Shown: in pieces, positions 60,831 to 64,000 of the stretch
How positions within the stretch are numbered: the stretch's first letter is position 1
How the letters are laid out: each line of letters starts with the position of its first letter
Source of the DNA: Ophelia neglecta
Taxonomy: Eukaryota
Reading direction: 5' to 3'
Assembly (NCBI GenBank): GCA_965285935.1
Contig: OZ260665.1
Span: 64,418,001 to 64,482,000, forward strand
Length of the DNA: 64,000 nt
Notes under the pieces: generated by a model
Told to the model about the DNA's origin: nothing
Database searches by the model: none
What the model saw: only the letters and a program-made list of their open reading frames with translations
Position numbers and translations under genes: made by a program

Positions 60831-62833
60831 TGTTATGATAAAACCTGGTACCTTGTTTCACTCTTAAAGGTGAAAAACGTGATTACCTTAAAGATATAAA
60901 ACATAGGCTAGTGTAAGTCAATAGATTATTTGTACCAATATATAGGTTATAAGTAAGACTATTAATGAATCTTTTTATTGTGTTTGGTAATCCGCAAAAT
61001 GTTTACATCCATAATATCACGATTTGATTATTAAGGATAAAAACTAAATTAATTAAATGACTATACCTCGGTTATAGTATGCACTAGCTCTGCAGAATTT
61101 ATATTCAATTTTAAAACTTCCCAAGTGCATGGTTGCAAAATGCAAATAAGTAAGCTCTAATTCTTTCACTCCTTTTACTTATTGCAAAATGATAAAATCA
61201 GAAGCCATAGATAATTTGGCAACTAGGGGGGGGGGGGGGTATGATTTCAAATATGAATCAAAATTGAAAACCTATCAAACAAATAGGAAAATTAGACAAA
61301 AACCTTCCTAAAAATTAGATTGCATCTGCGCCGCTGTGACGAGCAGAGTTTAACTGCTGCTCTGGCGGGTCCTGTGAGCGGCCAGCCACGTGACTAGATG
61401 TTTAGGCTATATCGTTATGCTTTGGCAAAGTGCATGCAGAACTGAACATAGATAGCCGACACAAATTTCCGATTAAATATGAACTCACGGCGAGATTATT
61501 TATCACCTAAGCACGAGACCAGTTACTAAACACGTATTAGTTGAAATTGTGGTCTAAGAAAGACCACACGGGTCGATTTCGTATATACTTGTACAAAGTT
61601 TGGTGTGCCTCAAGTACGTATAGAGTCATCATAGTGACGTATCAGTTTTAATATGTAAGCGGTACATTATCAAATAACGTGTGCAAGAATGAGGGGATAA
61701 TGTGATTAGTCAACTCCGCCTACGTTGTCAAGCCCATTACAATTATTTCATACTGCCTTACTATTATTGATTTTAAAAATCAGATGAAGGTTTTATTGAT
61801 TTGTGATATTGGTTTCGGAAGTAAGAAGGGGATTGCCCACTATATTGATTGATTCTAACACTTTCCGTGGCGGACGTAGCTTTAGCTGACATAATTCTCG
61901 CCGCAACATTTTTTTTAAGATGTAAAGAAAATCACACTTTAGTAGAGCATTAGCCTTAATAATTTAGGCTAATAAGATATTGACATAATAATATTGACAT
62001 ATTAAATTGACATAATAAATATCATGACAAATAAAGCAAGGGGGAGTATTTTGTTTATGTGAGTAGGGTGACATTCCCACTGCTTGTGCTTAGCGGCTTA
62101 TGCTACACAAACTTGACCGAGATGCACAGGGTGGCCGAGATGGAAATTTAAAGGGTTCTATTAAATATATCAGACAAACGTAATGAAACAAATAGGGCCT
62201 ATTTGCTTGCTTTACGGAAACAATACGAAGCAATCCTTATTTTAGGCATGTATGTCCAAGTCTGAATGATAAAACTTAACAGCATTGTCATATTTTAACA
62301 TGATTGACAAAACAGTCTCTTATTTGTAAAGTTTTGTAAAGCTTCTTTATACTGTTGCCACAGTGTGCTCTAGATGACGCCCAGCAGCCACTCAACCGTA
62401 TCAATAGGTCTCATCGGCGTCAAGGCTGAACTTATCAGTGTATATCATCAAATCATTCTGACATATGATTGACAGAATGATTATGGAATTGTCGAGTTAA
62501 AGTTTATTATCAATTATTGTAATTACTATGCAAAAGTAATATCATTTCAGACATATAATTCATTCATAATGACTAGGTCTAGGGCCATTAGCCGTTGCTT
62601 CCTGGTATGATTCGAAGTGAATTAATATGCTGTAAACTAGAGAATCAACGAGCATTTAAGGTGCCAGGAATCTAAAGAAACTCTAGATTTAAACACTCAC
62701 CACACGTCCAAAGGACAGCTAAATTCTCTATTCCTAGGAAGTATCCTAGTCGTTGAAATAGTTTGCGTATGCAATGAAAGAACTATAGGCATATATCAGC
62801 AGCTGTCCTGCAAGTACACTGTTGGGCTCCTCG

Positions 62834-63200
62834 CCCGGGGGGGGGTACTCCCATTATCCGGCATACTGGGTATGTGCGGCCGAGAAGGGTCGTTTTTCCT
62901 CAAAAGTTCCCTAAACCAAGGGTACCTTTTTGTTGATTTCTTCCCTAATAAAGGGTATGGTTTCTAGAAAAAAATTCATCCTGTCGGGCATGATTCTGAA
63001 TTGCCTAGGGCAGTGAATAACCTGTATTCCATTCCACGAGGTTACATGTATGTCATAACAAAGTGCCAAGTTTGAAGTCAAAATGTCCCTAAATCAAGGG
63101 TAGGTTTGAAGTCATAATGTCCCTAATTCAAGGGTAGGGTTTGCCAGGTACCAGCCGCACACCCCCACCCAAAATTAATGGGAGTACCCCCCCCCCCGGG
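62834..63200. mobile_element. Intact 367-bp non-autonomous DNA transposon (MITE) with an 8-bp target-site duplication
   Basis: TIRs CCCGGGGGGGGGTACTCCCATTA / TAATGGGAGTACCCCCCCCCCCGGG; identical flanks GCTCCTCG at 62826-62833 and 63201-63208; four internal CCCTAA-N3/4-AGGGTA repeats. Confidence 0.9.
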
Positions 63201-64000
63201 GCTCCTCGTAGTTTCGAGACAGGCCGAGCGATCCTCTTTCTATAAACTGCGTAAATTTATTAAGGGTGCAGTTTGGCCGCGGGTGTTATGTTTACTGCGC
63301 AAATAAGGTAACGGTGATCAACAACCGAGATTTACTCATGTTCAATTTCCCCAGAAACGAAACCAAGAACTGTACTTAATGGATTTCTATCAGTAGTCAC
63401 GAGTGTTGTGATTTGTAAACGGAACCTTAATATTGTTAGTAGTGTTCAATTGTAGTATCAACTTCTGGGAGATCGTGGATCACTTTCCGCAAATATTGAT
63501 TGGTTGCTTTATTTTCGGTATCGCATACATGTAGAGTAAGTACAAATACAGAAAAGTAAATACCAATAGACTTTGTACATAGGTGGTAAAAGTAACACTT
63601 ACAACATACATCATTGCGTGACGTAATAGGAATTCATTAAGAACTGATCTCTTTGCTTCATGTTTCGAAACAGAGATTGGTTCAAAGTGACATTTTTTCT
63701 AGTCTCTTAATCATCTCAAGTTCTTTGTCAATATAACATCATCTTCCTGACCTACTCATATTGAATTATTCTGCTTTTTTAATCTGGGATTTCAGAATGG
63801 GAAAACGATATTCATTTTAATCCCAACCATTCTTTATCCGAGAAAAGAAAGGAAAAGGAAACTACGATGTTAGTGGGTGGGTGGAGGTGGGAGGGGTTCA
63901 CGTAGGAAGCGTTTCACATTATTCAATTCGAACTATTTGTTCAAGTAGATAGAAGTGGGAGACGGCCAGAATCCTTGTTTGCTTTCGGTTCTCTACATAG

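Overview
AT-rich, intron-rich eukaryotic genomic DNA. The gene content points to an invertebrate animal, but the species cannot be determined from the sequence. Five spliced genes were reconstructed by hand with GT-AG junctions and phase-consistent exons. (1) A RADIL/RASIP1-family gene (+, ~1044-29349) that also carries an afadin-type first RA domain split by a 17.8-kb intron. (2) A complete CATSPER3 (+, 30184-33974; TVDGW pore, fully charged S4). (3) An unrecognised 298-aa protein ending in a CaaX box (-, 35498-37693). (4) A divergent R7BP/RGS7BP-like membrane anchor (-, 43090-46751), mostly invisible in the ORF track. (5) A ~2315-aa HELZ2-like RNB exonuclease/SF1 helicase (-, 49364-60830) with a ZC3H7/RoXaN-like TPR+zinc-finger N-terminus and no first helicase module. 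Introns and intergenic DNA contain MITEs (one intact with an 8-bp TSD), a decayed LINE reverse transcriptase and simple repeats. No tRNA, rRNA or CRISPR array was found. All family assignments rest on motif recognition from memory, not on database searches.
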